This document shows positions 5,954-15,052 of a stretch of DNA of 20,000 nucleotides, in pieces. Origin of the DNA: an uncultured virus (IMG/VR IMGVR_UViG_2706794521_000001) (lineage: Duplodnaviria; Heunggongvirae; Uroviricota; Caudoviricetes); the IMG/VR virus record IMGVR_UViG_2706794521_000001, positions 47,893 through 67,892 of that record; one strand, 5' to 3'. How positions within the stretch are numbered: the stretch's first letter is position 1; each line of letters begins with the position of its first letter. Under the pieces are notes generated by a model. It was not told where the DNA came from, ran no database searches, and worked only from the letters and a program-made list of their open reading frames with translations. The position numbers and the translations under genes were made by a program.

Positions 5954-6903
5954 CCGTCCAGATCCTCTACCCATCCGATCGCGAGCAATGGCTAAAGTTC
6001 CGCCAGCAGGACGTGACCGCTTCGGTCGCCGCAGCGGTTCTTGGCGCGCATCCATACACCACGCCCTATGGCCTTTGGGCCGAGAAGACAGGACGCGTGT
6101 CTGGCGACGTCGACGAGACAGAGGCCATGGAGCGGGGCAACCTGCTCGAGCCGGTTGCGGTCGCAATGGTCAACAAGCGGGAGCCCGATTGGAGGGTCTT
6201 CTACGCGAACGACCGAGCCTATTATCGCGACCCTGATCTGCGCATCGGGGCCACGCCTGACGCGTTCGTCGAGATCCCCGGCCGACCAGGTCGCGGCAAC
6301 ATGCAGATCAAGACCGCGTCCGAGGCTGCCTTCCGCGAGTTCTGGCAAGATCCGGACATAGGCGACATCGTCCCGCCGACGTGGATCGCCGTCCAGGCGA
6401 TCACTGAGGCCAAGCTGACTGGCTGCGACTACGCCATGCTGGCGGTCGTCGTCGTCACCTGGCGCGGCAATCTTCGGCTCCACCTTGTCGACATCCCGCT
6501 GCATGCGAAGCTTTGGCAACGGCTTACTGCAGCCGTCGCGGAATTCTGGGCGATGGTCAACTCCGGTGCTGAACCGGACATTGACTGGAAACGCGATGGC
6601 GCTGCCGTGCTCGAAGTCTACAGCAACTCGTTCCTCGATCGACGCGACCTCTCAGCCGAGCACGACCTCGATATTCTCGTCGGCAAATACAAGTCGCTGA
6701 AAGAGGCCGAGGCACAAGCGAAACGCGAGGCCGACGTTCTCAAACCTCAGATCATCTACGCGCTCGGCAATTCCGAAGCCGGCTTCACCGCCGGCTGGGA
6801 CATCACCGCGCGCACCCAGGAAAGGGCGGCGTACGAGGTAAGGCCCTCGTCCATGCGGCCGCTGCGGATCAAGCCAAGAAAGCAGAACAATGCCAATTTC
6901 TGA
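5950..6903 (+). CDS. YqaJ/lambda-Exo-like recombination exonuclease
   Basis: REQWLKFRQQDVTAS, AMERGNLLEP, GATPDA and QIKT motifs; upstream of RecT. Confidence 0.9.
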   Translation: MTVQILYPSDREQWLKFRQQDVTASVAAAVLGAHPYTTPYGLWAEKTGRVSGDVDETEAMERGNLLEPVAVAMVNKREPDWRVFYANDRAYYRDPDLRIGATPDAFVEIPGRPGRGNMQIKTASEAAFREFWQDPDIGDIVPPTWIAVQAITEAKLTGCDYAMLAVVVVTWRGNLRLHLVDIPLHAKLWQRLTAAVAEFWAMVNSGAEPDIDWKRDGAAVLEVYSNSFLDRRDLSAEHDLDILVGKYKSLKEAEAQAKREADVLKPQIIYALGNSEAGFTAGWDITARTQERAAYEVRPSSMRPLRIKPRKQNNANF

Positions 6904-7663
6904 CGCCCCATCCATCGTCGGGCCAGGTCACAACCTCGCCACCACCACCGACATCCTGCGCGACCGCTTCGCGAACTTCCTGAAGCAAGTCGACGACGTC
7001 GCTGACGACGCAAACAAGGCCCGCGAAACCCTCGGCGAGGCCGGTGTCGTGACCGAGGACAAGCAGCGAGATCCGATGATCGCGATCGGCATAAAGGCAG
7101 GAAAGCTCTCGAAGCTTCTCGACGACACCCGCCTCGCCACCACGCTGCCACTGCGCACCGAAGTCACCGAGACCAACAGCTTTTTCCAGACACTTGCCGA
7201 CCGGATGGACCGGATCAAGACGCGGTTCGAGGAGATCGTCGGGGCTTACGACCGGAAGAAACGCGACGAGGAACGGCGCAAGGCCGCCGAGGCGGCCCGC
7301 CTGGCGCAAGAAGAGTCCGACCGCAAGCTCGCCGAGGCGCAAGCCGCCCAGGGCAGCGTCGAGGCCGACGTCATCGTCAATGAGGCGATCGTCGCCGAGC
7401 AGCGAGCCGATCGGCTCTCCGCGCAAGCGACCAGCGCCGGCACCGGGCCGACCAAGACCGAGGTCGGCACCATCTCATCGTCGGCACCTTGGACCTGTTC
7501 GATCGATGATTGGCAGAAGATCGACATCACCGAATTCCGCGACCAGTTCTCTGCCGCTGAGATCGAGAAGGCCATCCGCGCGCATGTGCGGAAGTTCAAG
7601 AACACCCGGCCGCTCAAGGGCGTCCGCATTTTCCAAGACGAGAAAACCCGATTCCGCGGCTGA
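6890..7663 (+). CDS. Coiled-coil phage protein of the recombination module
   Basis: 257 aa, long Ala/Glu/Arg-rich helical region, C-terminal LKGVRIFQDE; lies between exo and recT. Confidence 0.75.
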   Translation: MPISDAPSIVGPGHNLATTTDILRDRFANFLKQVDDVADDANKARETLGEAGVVTEDKQRDPMIAIGIKAGKLSKLLDDTRLATTLPLRTEVTETNSFFQTLADRMDRIKTRFEEIVGAYDRKKRDEERRKAAEAARLAQEESDRKLAEAQAAQGSVEADVIVNEAIVAEQRADRLSAQATSAGTGPTKTEVGTISSSAPWTCSIDDWQKIDITEFRDQFSAAEIEKAIRAHVRKFKNTRPLKGVRIFQDEKTRFRG

Positions 7664-7688
7664 TCGCGGACGACAGGAGAATTTTCCC

Positions 7689-8777
7689 ATGAATGCTGTT
7701 GTTGAAGCAAAGAAGCCAAGCGAGATCGCAGTCATTCGCGACAAGCTTGGCGAAATGGGCGGCCAGTTTAAGGCCGCACTGCCGGCACATATCCCGGTCG
7801 AGCGGTTCATGCGCGTCGTGATGACAGCGATCCAGAACAACCCCGACCTTCTGAAGGTCTCCCGGCATTCGCTGTTCAATTCGGCGATGAAAGCGGCGCA
7901 GGACGGCCTTTTGCCCGATAGCCGCGAGGGCGCGATCGTTCCCTACAAGGATCAGGCGCAGTGGATGCCGATGATCGGCGGTGTTCGCAAGAAGGCCCGC
8001 AACTCAGGTGAGATCGCCACATGGGATGTGCATGCCGTTCATGAGAACGACGACTTCGACTTCGAACTCGGCGACAACCCCTTTATCCGTCACAAGCCAA
8101 CGCTTGGTGACCCAGGAAAACTGATCGCGGTCTATTCGATCGCCACGCTGAAATCGGGCGAAATCAGCCGCGACGTCATGTCGGTAAACGCGGTCGAGAA
8201 GATCCGCACCAAGTCGCGCGGGAAAAACACGCCTTGGAACGACCCGATCTTCTACGACGAAATGGCAAAGAAGACCGTCGCCAGGCGCCACTCCAAGGTG
8301 CTGCCGATGTCGAGCGACCTGGACGATCTCATGCGTCGCGACGACGGCCTCTACGATATCGAGGGCGCCAGCGACAAGCAGGTTGCCGGTCCGCGCGGAC
8401 TCGAGCAGAAGCTCGATGCGCTCGCCGACATGCGTGACGAAGAGACGATCGACCACGAGGTCGACGAGAAATCCAGAAAATCCGCATCAGGCTCGTCCCC
8501 CGCCGATGCGGATCAGCGCGGCGACCAGGCTGACACGTCGCGCAAGGCGTCCGGGGATTCCGCCCCCCAATCCTCGGACGCCGACAATTCCGAAATCACG
8601 GTCGATGTCGCCCTCAAGGCCGGCGCGTCTGCCCGTGAGGATGGCCGCAGCCGCAAGGCAGTTCCGGCGAAATACAAGACCGACGAGAAGCTGCTCGAGG
8701 CGTACCTCGCCGGGTTCGACGGCGACGTCGAGGATAACGGCGATGTCGACGAGTCCGAACCTGGCGGGGAGGAGTGA
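7689..8777 (+). CDS. recT: RecT-family single-strand annealing recombinase
   Basis: CAGGAG RBS, ATG 7689; ALPAHIPVERFMRVVMTAIQNNPDL, AAQDGLLPD, PW...YDEMAKKTVARR; acidic tail. Confidence 0.92.
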   Translation: MNAVVEAKKPSEIAVIRDKLGEMGGQFKAALPAHIPVERFMRVVMTAIQNNPDLLKVSRHSLFNSAMKAAQDGLLPDSREGAIVPYKDQAQWMPMIGGVRKKARNSGEIATWDVHAVHENDDFDFELGDNPFIRHKPTLGDPGKLIAVYSIATLKSGEISRDVMSVNAVEKIRTKSRGKNTPWNDPIFYDEMAKKTVARRHSKVLPMSSDLDDLMRRDDGLYDIEGASDKQVAGPRGLEQKLDALADMRDEETIDHEVDEKSRKSASGSSPADADQRGDQADTSRKASGDSAPQSSDADNSEITVDVALKAGASAREDGRSRKAVPAKYKTDEKLLEAYLAGFDGDVEDNGDVDESEPGGEE

Positions 8778-9052
8778 CCATGTTCGGGATCACCCGGGTC
8801 GACGCGACCAGGACCGCCTCATCGGAATACCTCGCCGAACTCGACAAGAGCATCGACGAGTTGTCGGGACAGCTGGCGTTGCTGCAGGGCGTCCGCCGTG
8901 CGGTCGCTGGCACCTTCGGCTTCGACCGCCGCGGCGACGAGGCTGGCACGTTTGGCAAAGCCGCCGACGCGGCCAAGCGCGCTGAGTACGAGGGCGAGGG
9001 CGGGCAGAACGACGAGTCCGGCCGGTTGGTCCCACGCAAGGTGGCATCGTGA
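8774..9052 (+). CDS. Phage hypothetical protein
   Basis: GTGA overlap with the recT stop (or ATG 8780 after GGAGGAG); heptad-like LAELDKSIDELSGQLALL. Confidence 0.7.
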   Translation: MTMFGITRVDATRTASSEYLAELDKSIDELSGQLALLQGVRRAVAGTFGFDRRGDEAGTFGKAADAAKRAEYEGEGGQNDESGRLVPRKVAS

Positions 9053-9198
9053 TGACGACCTTCCGTGTCCATTTCGCCGACGCGTCGCACCGGGATGTGC
9101 CAGCTGGAACGCCGGCCGAGGCCGCGAAGAAGGCTCGCGAAACAAGCGATCGCGTCATCATCAAGATCAAGGTTCTGAAGCAGGAGAAGGCAGCATGA
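9052..9198 (+). CDS. Small phage hypothetical protein (48 aa, below the ORF-track cutoff)
   Basis: MTTFRVHFADASHRDVPAGTPAEAAKKARETSDRVIIKIKVLKQEKAA; coupled by TGATG and ATGA to its neighbours. Confidence 0.7.
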   Translation: MTTFRVHFADASHRDVPAGTPAEAAKKARETSDRVIIKIKVLKQEKAA

Positions 9199-9539
9199 CG
9201 GAGATCCACGCCGAGGTGATCGACACCTTCCAGCGCGGCACCGTGCGTGTCATGTGCGTGACCGAGCCGGGGCACACCGAAGTGATCGGCAAAGAGGGGA
9301 ATGTCAAAATCCCCTACAAGGCTGGCGACGTCGTCCTGGTTGGCGCCGACGACCGGCTGATCTGCGGGCCGATCGGGTTCGAGGGCGCGATCGAGTTCGC
9401 CGAGAAGATCCTGTCCGGCAATACACGCGCCATGACCCAACCGGCGGGCTTGCAGATGCTGGCGACTGTCATCATTGCACTCTCGTCACTAACCCCGCAG
9501 CCGCCCGCAACGGTTGAGCAGGCGGCGGCACATGGCTGA
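9195..9539 (+). CDS. Phage hypothetical protein (114 aa)
   Basis: AGGAG upstream; ATG 9195 overlaps the previous stop. Confidence 0.75.
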   Translation: MTEIHAEVIDTFQRGTVRVMCVTEPGHTEVIGKEGNVKIPYKAGDVVLVGADDRLICGPIGFEGAIEFAEKILSGNTRAMTQPAGLQMLATVIIALSSLTPQPPATVEQAAAHG

Positions 9540-10324
9540 CCCGCTCACCCTCATTCGCGTGACGGACACCGAGACCACGGGGCTCGCCGATCCCAAGGAG
9601 CTCGTCGAGATCGGTTGGACCGATGTTCGGCTGTTCCCGACCGGCTGGGCGATCGAGAGCGGGCCTCATGCCCGCCTCGTCAACCCGGGCATGCCCATCG
9701 CCCCCGGTGCGCGCGCTGCGCACCACATCACCGACGAGGAAGCGGCGAGCGGCATGGCGCCGGATCACGCGCGCGCGCTAATTTCTCCCGGCCCGGATTA
9801 TATCTGTTGCCACAACCTGGCCTATGACGCGCCACTGTTGAGGACCGGCAAGCCCGGCATCTGCACGTTCAAATGCGCCAAAGAAGTCTACCCGGACCTC
9901 GAAAGCCACAAGAACGGCGCGATCTGGTACGCGCTCGGCCTCGGCGGCGGTGCCAAGCAAATGGAGCCGGTGCACCGCGCCGGCCCGGATAGCTGGACGA
10001 CCGCGCACATTCTTTTGGATCTGCTGCGCGTCCTCCCTGTCGAGACGATGGTGCAGATCTCGGCGAACCCGCTTCGGCTGCTGAAGATCGATTTTGGCGA
10101 ACACGCAGGAAAGCGCTTCTCGGAAGTGCCGTGGGATTACCTCGACTGGATTGTGAACAAATCCAGCATGCCGCGTCGACCCGAAACGGGAAGACGTCGT
10201 TCACAACGCGCGCCTCGAGCTGATCCGCCGCGCCGAAAGCCCCACCGAACCGAAGATCACCAAGCCCGCCGCGGCCGACCCGAGCGATCCCGACGCATGG
10301 CGTAAGCAGATGGAGACGTTCTGA
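9532..10324 (+). CDS. DnaQ/ExoX-like DEDDh 3'-5' exonuclease, with a probable +1 frameshift near 10171
   Basis: DTETTG, HNLAYD and HRAGPD motifs plus C-terminal FGEHAGKRFSEVPWDYLDWI. As written it stops at 10305; the shifted frame ends at TGA 10322-10324, overlapping the next ATG. Confidence 0.85.
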
Positions 10325-10581
10325 TGGAGACCTTCTACGCCACCTTCGGGACAGGCTGGGGCTACGCCGGCGGCTACGTCGAGATCATCGCCGAAAACCG
10401 CCATGCAGCCACGGCGCATATGGTCAAGGAGCATGGCGAGCGGTGGGCTGCAATCTACACGGCCACTGAGTTTGTCCAGACCCTGAAGCGATATGCGCTG
10501 CACAAGCTCGCCACGGTGCGGCAGCGCCCCGGCCCGGGCGAAGCGTTCTTCGACATCGTGAGAGGCGACCGCCATGGGTAA
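10324..10581 (+). CDS. Phage hypothetical protein
   Basis: GGAGA RBS; 85 aa, FYATFGTGWGYAGGYVEIIA. Confidence 0.75.
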   Translation: METFYATFGTGWGYAGGYVEIIAENRHAATAHMVKEHGERWAAIYTATEFVQTLKRYALHKLATVRQRPGPGEAFFDIVRGDRHG

Positions 10582-10789
10582 GGCAATCTCCCGCATGGCG
10601 ACAATCGTCGAAGTGCTCGAGCGCGAGATCTCGACGGCCGACAAGCTGGCCGCAAAGACCGGCGCCTCGGCCCGTCAGATTTATCGTGACATCGCCGCGC
10701 TGAAGCAGATCGGCCTTCCGATCGAGGGTGAGGCGGGCTTCGGCTATGCCATGCGATTGCGCAAGGGTGTGGGGCTGTTCCATGGCTGA
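10574..10789 (+). CDS. Stand-alone winged-HTH protein (YafY/HTH_11-like, no WYL domain)
   Basis: TADKLAAKTGASARQIYRDIAALKQIGLPIEGEAGFGY matches the N-terminal HTH of YafY-type WYL regulators; the protein ends at 71 aa. Confidence 0.85.
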   Translation: MGKAISRMATIVEVLEREISTADKLAAKTGASARQIYRDIAALKQIGLPIEGEAGFGYAMRLRKGVGLFHG

Positions 10790-11903
10790 AGCGCTCGCCT
10801 GGTCACCCGGTCAGCAGGACGCCATCGCCCAGGTGGCGGCGTGGCTGCGCATCAAATATTCGCCGTTCTTCTATCTGGCCGGCTATGCCGGTACGGGCAA
10901 GACGACGCTGGCTAGGCATATTGCCGAGCTGCAAAACGGCAAGGTCCGTTACGCCGCGTTCACTGGCAAGGCCGCCAAGGTAATGCGCATGGCCGGCTGT
11001 GCTGACGCGCAGACCATCCATTCGACGATCTACAACACCGAGTTCGATGTTGCGACAGGCAAGGTCGAGCGGCACCTTCTGCACCCGGAAAGCTTCAAAA
11101 ACACAGCACTTTTCGTCGTCGACGAGGTATCGATGGTGAACGAGGAGCTTGGCCGAGATCTTCTATCGTTCGGCGTTCCGATTCTCGTCCTCGGCGACCC
11201 CTTCCAGCTTCCGCCCGTCGAGGGCGCCGGCTTCTTCACGGCTGACAAACCCGGCGCGATGCTGATCGAGGTTCATCGCCAGGCGCGGGACAGCGCGATT
11301 ATCCGGCTTGCAACCGACATTCGCGAGGGTGACTTCCTGTTGCGGGTGACGCGCCAGCTTGGGCTCAACATCGCGCGGAAGGCCGATCTTGACCCGGTCG
11401 AGGTAACCGGGGCCGATGCCGTCATCGTCGGACGCAACGATACCCGGTTCAACTTCAACCGCCGGCTTCGCGAGATCAACGGTTTCACGACCGAGCTTCC
11501 TGGCAAAGGCGAGACCGTCATCTGCCTGCGGAACGATCGTGAGAAGGCAATATCGAATGGGGAACTGTTCCGCGTTTCCGAGGTGAAGAAGCCGGTAACA
11601 GGGGCGCTCGGGCGTAAGGCACGGTTCACTATCGTCGAGCCCGATGTTGAAGAGCGCACCCCGATCCCCGTCGAAGTCCGCGAGCAGTTCTTTCAGGGCA
11701 AGGGGAAGGAACTCGACTGGAAGGCCAAGCGTGGCACCCAGGAGTTTGACTACGGTTATGCACTGACCTGCCACAAGGCGCAGGGAAGCGGCTGGCCACG
11801 AGTGTGTGTGTTCGACGAAAGCCGGTTTTTCAAGGAGAACGCCGACCGGCATCTCTACACCTCGGTTACGAGGGCGTCCAAACATTTGACGTTGGTGATC
11901 TAA
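10782..11903 (+). CDS. RecD/Dda-like SF1B DNA helicase
   Basis: GYAGTGKT, AFTGKAA, VVDEVSMV, GDPFQLPPV, HRQ, YALTCHKAQGSGW, LYTSVTRA. Confidence 0.93.
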   Translation: MAEALAWSPGQQDAIAQVAAWLRIKYSPFFYLAGYAGTGKTTLARHIAELQNGKVRYAAFTGKAAKVMRMAGCADAQTIHSTIYNTEFDVATGKVERHLLHPESFKNTALFVVDEVSMVNEELGRDLLSFGVPILVLGDPFQLPPVEGAGFFTADKPGAMLIEVHRQARDSAIIRLATDIREGDFLLRVTRQLGLNIARKADLDPVEVTGADAVIVGRNDTRFNFNRRLREINGFTTELPGKGETVICLRNDREKAISNGELFRVSEVKKPVTGALGRKARFTIVEPDVEERTPIPVEVREQFFQGKGKELDWKAKRGTQEFDYGYALTCHKAQGSGWPRVCVFDESRFFKENADRHLYTSVTRASKHLTLVI

Positions 11904-12409
11904 TGGGAACGTTTAAGCACGGTCACACCATGAGATTGCCTGGCGGCGGCCGGGTGCAGAGCCCAGAGTACCGCGCCTACACGGCGATGAAAAATCGCTG
12001 CCTCAATCACCGGCAGGACCGTTTCAAGGATTACGCCGGGCGGGGTATCTCGATCTGCAAGCGATGGCTCGACGCCGACGGGGTTCGCTCTGGCTTTGAG
12101 TGCTTCCTGGCCGACATGGGACCAAAGCCGTCGGCTCGTCATTCCCTCGACAGAGAAGAGAACGACGGCAACTACGATCCCGGCAACTGCCGCTGGGCAA
12201 CGCGTAGCCAGCAGGCCCGGAACACCCGGCGCAACAGGACGGTGAACGTCTGCGGGCTGTTCTTCTCTCTCCCCGATGCCGTCGACTACTTCCGATATGC
12301 CCCGATGACTACCGTGAGACGGCGGATTGACCTTGGCTGGCCCGACGAGGATGCAGTGCTCACGCCGGTCGGCGCCAAGCCTACTCCAAAAATGGAGGTT
12401 TGCTTCTGA
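11903..12409 (+). CDS. HNH-type (homing) endonuclease
   Basis: MKNRC...YAGRGISICKRW...FLADMG.KPS..HSLDREENDGNYDPGNCRWAT..Q.RN, a typical phage free-standing HNH. Confidence 0.85.
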   Translation: MGTFKHGHTMRLPGGGRVQSPEYRAYTAMKNRCLNHRQDRFKDYAGRGISICKRWLDADGVRSGFECFLADMGPKPSARHSLDREENDGNYDPGNCRWATRSQQARNTRRNRTVNVCGLFFSLPDAVDYFRYAPMTTVRRRIDLGWPDEDAVLTPVGAKPTPKMEVCF

Positions 12410-12990
12410 TGGAAGCCCAGGCTTTTCCCTTGACTTGGCCCGACACGATGCCGAGGACGCCAAACAAGGTGGCCTCAAAATTCAAGACCGGATTGTCCGC
12501 CGCTCTGAAGAACGTGCGCTCGTCGCTTGGGCTGTTCTCCGGCGATAGCGGGAAGAAGGTCGACAACCTCGTCATCTCGTCGAACGTGACGCTAGGCGTC
12601 GAGCGCCCGACTGATTCCGGCGTGGCTGTCTGGTTCGTCTGGGACGGCATGCAGGTCTGCATCGCCGTCGACCGCTACGCGAAGGTCGAGGACAACCTGC
12701 AGGCCATCCACCATATCGTCGAGGCCAGGCGCACCGAGATGCGCCACGGCGGCCTGCACATCGTTCGCGCCACCTTCCGCGGCTTCACCGCCCTTCCGGC
12801 GCCGAAACGGCGGTCCTGGCGGGAGATTTTCTCCGTAGACGGCACGCTACCGACGACGGCCGCCGGCGTCGAAAGTCGCTATCGCTCGCTGGCGAAGGCG
12901 CGCCATCCCGATACCCCGGGCGGCTCGCATGACGCGATGACCGAACTCAACGCCGCAAAATCCGAAGCCCTCAAAGAGATAGGTGTGTAA
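12409..12990 (+). CDS. Phage protein with a C-terminal J-domain (DnaJ-like)
   Basis: C-terminal [26 protein letters not shown] with the HPD motif; N-terminal AFPLTWP domain. Confidence 0.85.
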   Translation: MEAQAFPLTWPDTMPRTPNKVASKFKTGLSAALKNVRSSLGLFSGDSGKKVDNLVISSNVTLGVERPTDSGVAVWFVWDGMQVCIAVDRYAKVEDNLQAIHHIVEARRTEMRHGGLHIVRATFRGFTALPAPKRRSWREIFSVDGTLPTTAAGVESRYRSLAKARHPDTPGGSHDAMTELNAAKSEALKEIGV

Positions 12991-13463
12991 TGGCCGGTTC
13001 GCTTAACCGCGTGATGTTGATTGGAAATCTGGGTCAGGATCCAGAGATCCGGCGGCTCAACTCGGGCGATCCGGTCGTTAATCTCAGCATCGCCACGTCG
13101 GAAAGCTGGCGGGACAAAAGCTCGGGCGACCGCAAGGAAAAGACCGAGTGGCATCGCGTGGTCATCTTCAATGACTCGCTCGCCAAGGTCGCCGAGCAAT
13201 ATTTGAAAAAGGGGATGAAGGTCTACATCGAAGGCCAGCTTCAAACCCGCAAGTGGACCAAAGACGGCCAGGATCACTATTCGACGGAAATCGTGCTGCA
13301 GAAGTTCCGTGGCGAGCTGCAAATGCTCGACGCGAAGGGGCAGGGCGACGGCGAGCGCCGCGATGATGGCGGTGGCAGGTCCAGCGGTGGGGAAAGCCAG
13401 CGCAGTAGCCAGAGCAACAATCGCTCGTCGAATCGCGACCTTGACGACGAAGTGCCGTTCTGA
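12990..13463 (+). CDS. ssb: Single-stranded DNA-binding protein
   Basis: [19 protein letters not shown]...EKTEWHRVV...[11 protein letters not shown]...DLDDEVPF. Confidence 0.98.
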   Translation: MAGSLNRVMLIGNLGQDPEIRRLNSGDPVVNLSIATSESWRDKSSGDRKEKTEWHRVVIFNDSLAKVAEQYLKKGMKVYIEGQLQTRKWTKDGQDHYSTEIVLQKFRGELQMLDAKGQGDGERRDDGGGRSSGGESQRSSQSNNRSSNRDLDDEVPF

Positions 13464-13732
13464 TGGCCAGCGCACAGACATCCCGGCTAGAGCCGGAGGT
13501 TCATGAACGGTTCGAAGAACTGCTCGCGCGGAACAGTCATATTCCGGAGGAGCAGGGCCGGTCGATGATGTGGCATTCGATCGCCATTTCATTGAAGCGC
13601 ATCGCTGATGCGATCGAGAAGATCGACCCGCATGCGCCCGTGAACCAATACGGCGAGAATTTTTCCGACGCCATCCAGAATTCCCTTGTCCGCGGGCAGC
13701 GCGGCATCTCGACACCGGGAGTGGACTCTTGA
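13463..13732 (+). CDS. Phage hypothetical protein
   Basis: 89 aa, coupled at both ends; SIAISLKRIADA. Confidence 0.75.
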   Translation: MASAQTSRLEPEVHERFEELLARNSHIPEEQGRSMMWHSIAISLKRIADAIEKIDPHAPVNQYGENFSDAIQNSLVRGQRGISTPGVDS

Positions 13733-14715
13733 ACCTCAACAACGCCAGAGCGACGGTGTCCGCATATCTCGACGCCGACCAGCCGGTCTTTCTGTGGAGC
13801 CCGCCAGGCACCGGCAAGTCCGACCTCGTCCGCGATATCGCTGGCGAGCGCAGCTTGCCGCTGATCGACTTCCGAGCGGTGCTGCGCGACCCGGTCGACA
13901 TGCGCGGCCTGCCGGCGATCGTCGACGGCCAAGCGAGGTGGCTGCCGCCGTCGGATCTGCCAAACGCCGAGCGAGACGGCAAGGAAGGCATTCTCTTCCT
14001 CGACGAGCTCAACGCCGCGCCGGCCGCTGTCCAGGCCGCCTGCTTCGGCCTGATCCTCGATCGCAAGGTTGGCGAATATCGGCTCCCACATGGTTGGCGC
14101 ATCATCGCCGCCGGCAACCGGCAGTCGGATCGGGCGGCGGCGCAGCGCATGCCGACGGCGCTCGCAAACCGGCTGGCCCATGTCGACATCGATCCCGACG
14201 TCGACACCTTCACGGCGTGGGCCAATAAGCACGACATCAGTCCAATGGTCGTCGCGTTCATCCGCTTCCGGCCAGGCATGATCCACGTCATGGAAGGCTC
14301 AGATCTTCGTGCGTTCCCGACGCCTCGATCGTGGGCGGGCGTGTCGAAGCATGCCAATGCCGCGCCAAATCTCCGCCTCGGCCTGGTTACCGGCTTGGTC
14401 GGTGAGGGCGCCGCGGCAGAGTTCGAGGGATTCGTTCGGGTCTATTCCACGCTGCCCTCATTGGACCAGGTCATCGCGCATCCGGAGACGACGCCGGTCC
14501 CATCGGAACCGGCGGCTCGCTTCGCAATCGCCGCCGGACTCGGGCGCAAAGCGAAGACCGAAAACTTCGCCGCCATAATGACTTACATTCGTCGGTTGCC
14601 GCGGGAGTTTGAGGTGATGATGGCCGTCGACGCTGTCCGCCGTGACGCGAAGCTGGCCGACACCAAGGCATTCCAGGATTGGGCAGTGAGGAACCAGGAT
14701 GTCACGATGCTATGA
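13729..14715 (+). CDS. MoxR-like AAA+ ATPase
   Basis: Walker A SPPGTGKS, DPVDMRGLP, Walker B ILFLDE, sensor-1 IIAAGN, Arg finger ALANR, sensor-2 FPTPRSW. Confidence 0.92.
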   Translation: MNLNNARATVSAYLDADQPVFLWSPPGTGKSDLVRDIAGERSLPLIDFRAVLRDPVDMRGLPAIVDGQARWLPPSDLPNAERDGKEGILFLDELNAAPAAVQAACFGLILDRKVGEYRLPHGWRIIAAGNRQSDRAAAQRMPTALANRLAHVDIDPDVDTFTAWANKHDISPMVVAFIRFRPGMIHVMEGSDLRAFPTPRSWAGVSKHANAAPNLRLGLVTGLVGEGAAAEFEGFVRVYSTLPSLDQVIAHPETTPVPSEPAARFAIAAGLGRKAKTENFAAIMTYIRRLPREFEVMMAVDAVRRDAKLADTKAFQDWAVRNQDVTML

Positions 14716-15050
14716 CCGTGTTCCTGCGCGTCCTCTACGGCCCTTTTGCTCGCACCGAGTTGGGTTTGACCGGCAAGGTCTATGCGATCGACTGGTGTTT
14801 TTTCGGCGTACGCGAGGACAATTCCATGGGGCACTGGACGCTGCGCTACAAGGTGGCGGAGCGCAAGTTCGTCTGCTTTTTATCGGGCTGCGCGGAGCAA
14901 CAGATTGGGAGGGCGCCAGAAAACCCCAACGCCTTCGTGCCGGACAAGCCCATGGTCTTTGGGAAGACCCTTGCCGAGATCATGAGGAAGCGGTTGTCGA
15001 ACGCCGACTTCGCGTCGGCGACGGCCGCCTCGCTCAATTGGCCGAGATAG
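14712..15050 (+). CDS. Hypothetical protein, paralog 1 of the four-gene array (112 aa)
   Basis: ATGA overlap with the ATPase stop; WCFFGVREDNS...W.L...RKF; C-terminal RKRLSNADFASATAASL. Confidence 0.75.
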   Translation: MTVFLRVLYGPFARTELGLTGKVYAIDWCFFGVREDNSMGHWTLRYKVAERKFVCFLSGCAEQQIGRAPENPNAFVPDKPMVFGKTLAEIMRKRLSNADFASATAASLNWPR

Positions 15051-15052
15051 CA

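Noticed and set aside
7194..7688. N-terminal extension making RecT 527 aa
   Set aside because: Arg/Pro/Ser-rich shadow frame over the 6890-7663 gene; the real start is ATG 7689 with a CAGGAG RBS.
13795..13821. Walker A beginning with Ser (SPPGTGKS) as a sign of an inactive ATPase
   Set aside because: The GKS core, Walker B, sensor motifs and Arg finger are intact; first-position variation is tolerated.
12879..14357. 492-aa minus-strand ORF and other long antisense ORFs (e.g. 15797-16708, 11163-11885)
   Set aside because: Antisense shadows of well-supported plus-strand genes in GC-rich DNA; no motifs.
14699..15052. 230-aa version of paralog 2
   Set aside because: The upstream part overlaps paralog 1 out of frame and is not protein-like; GTG 15053 gives a size matching its paralogs.
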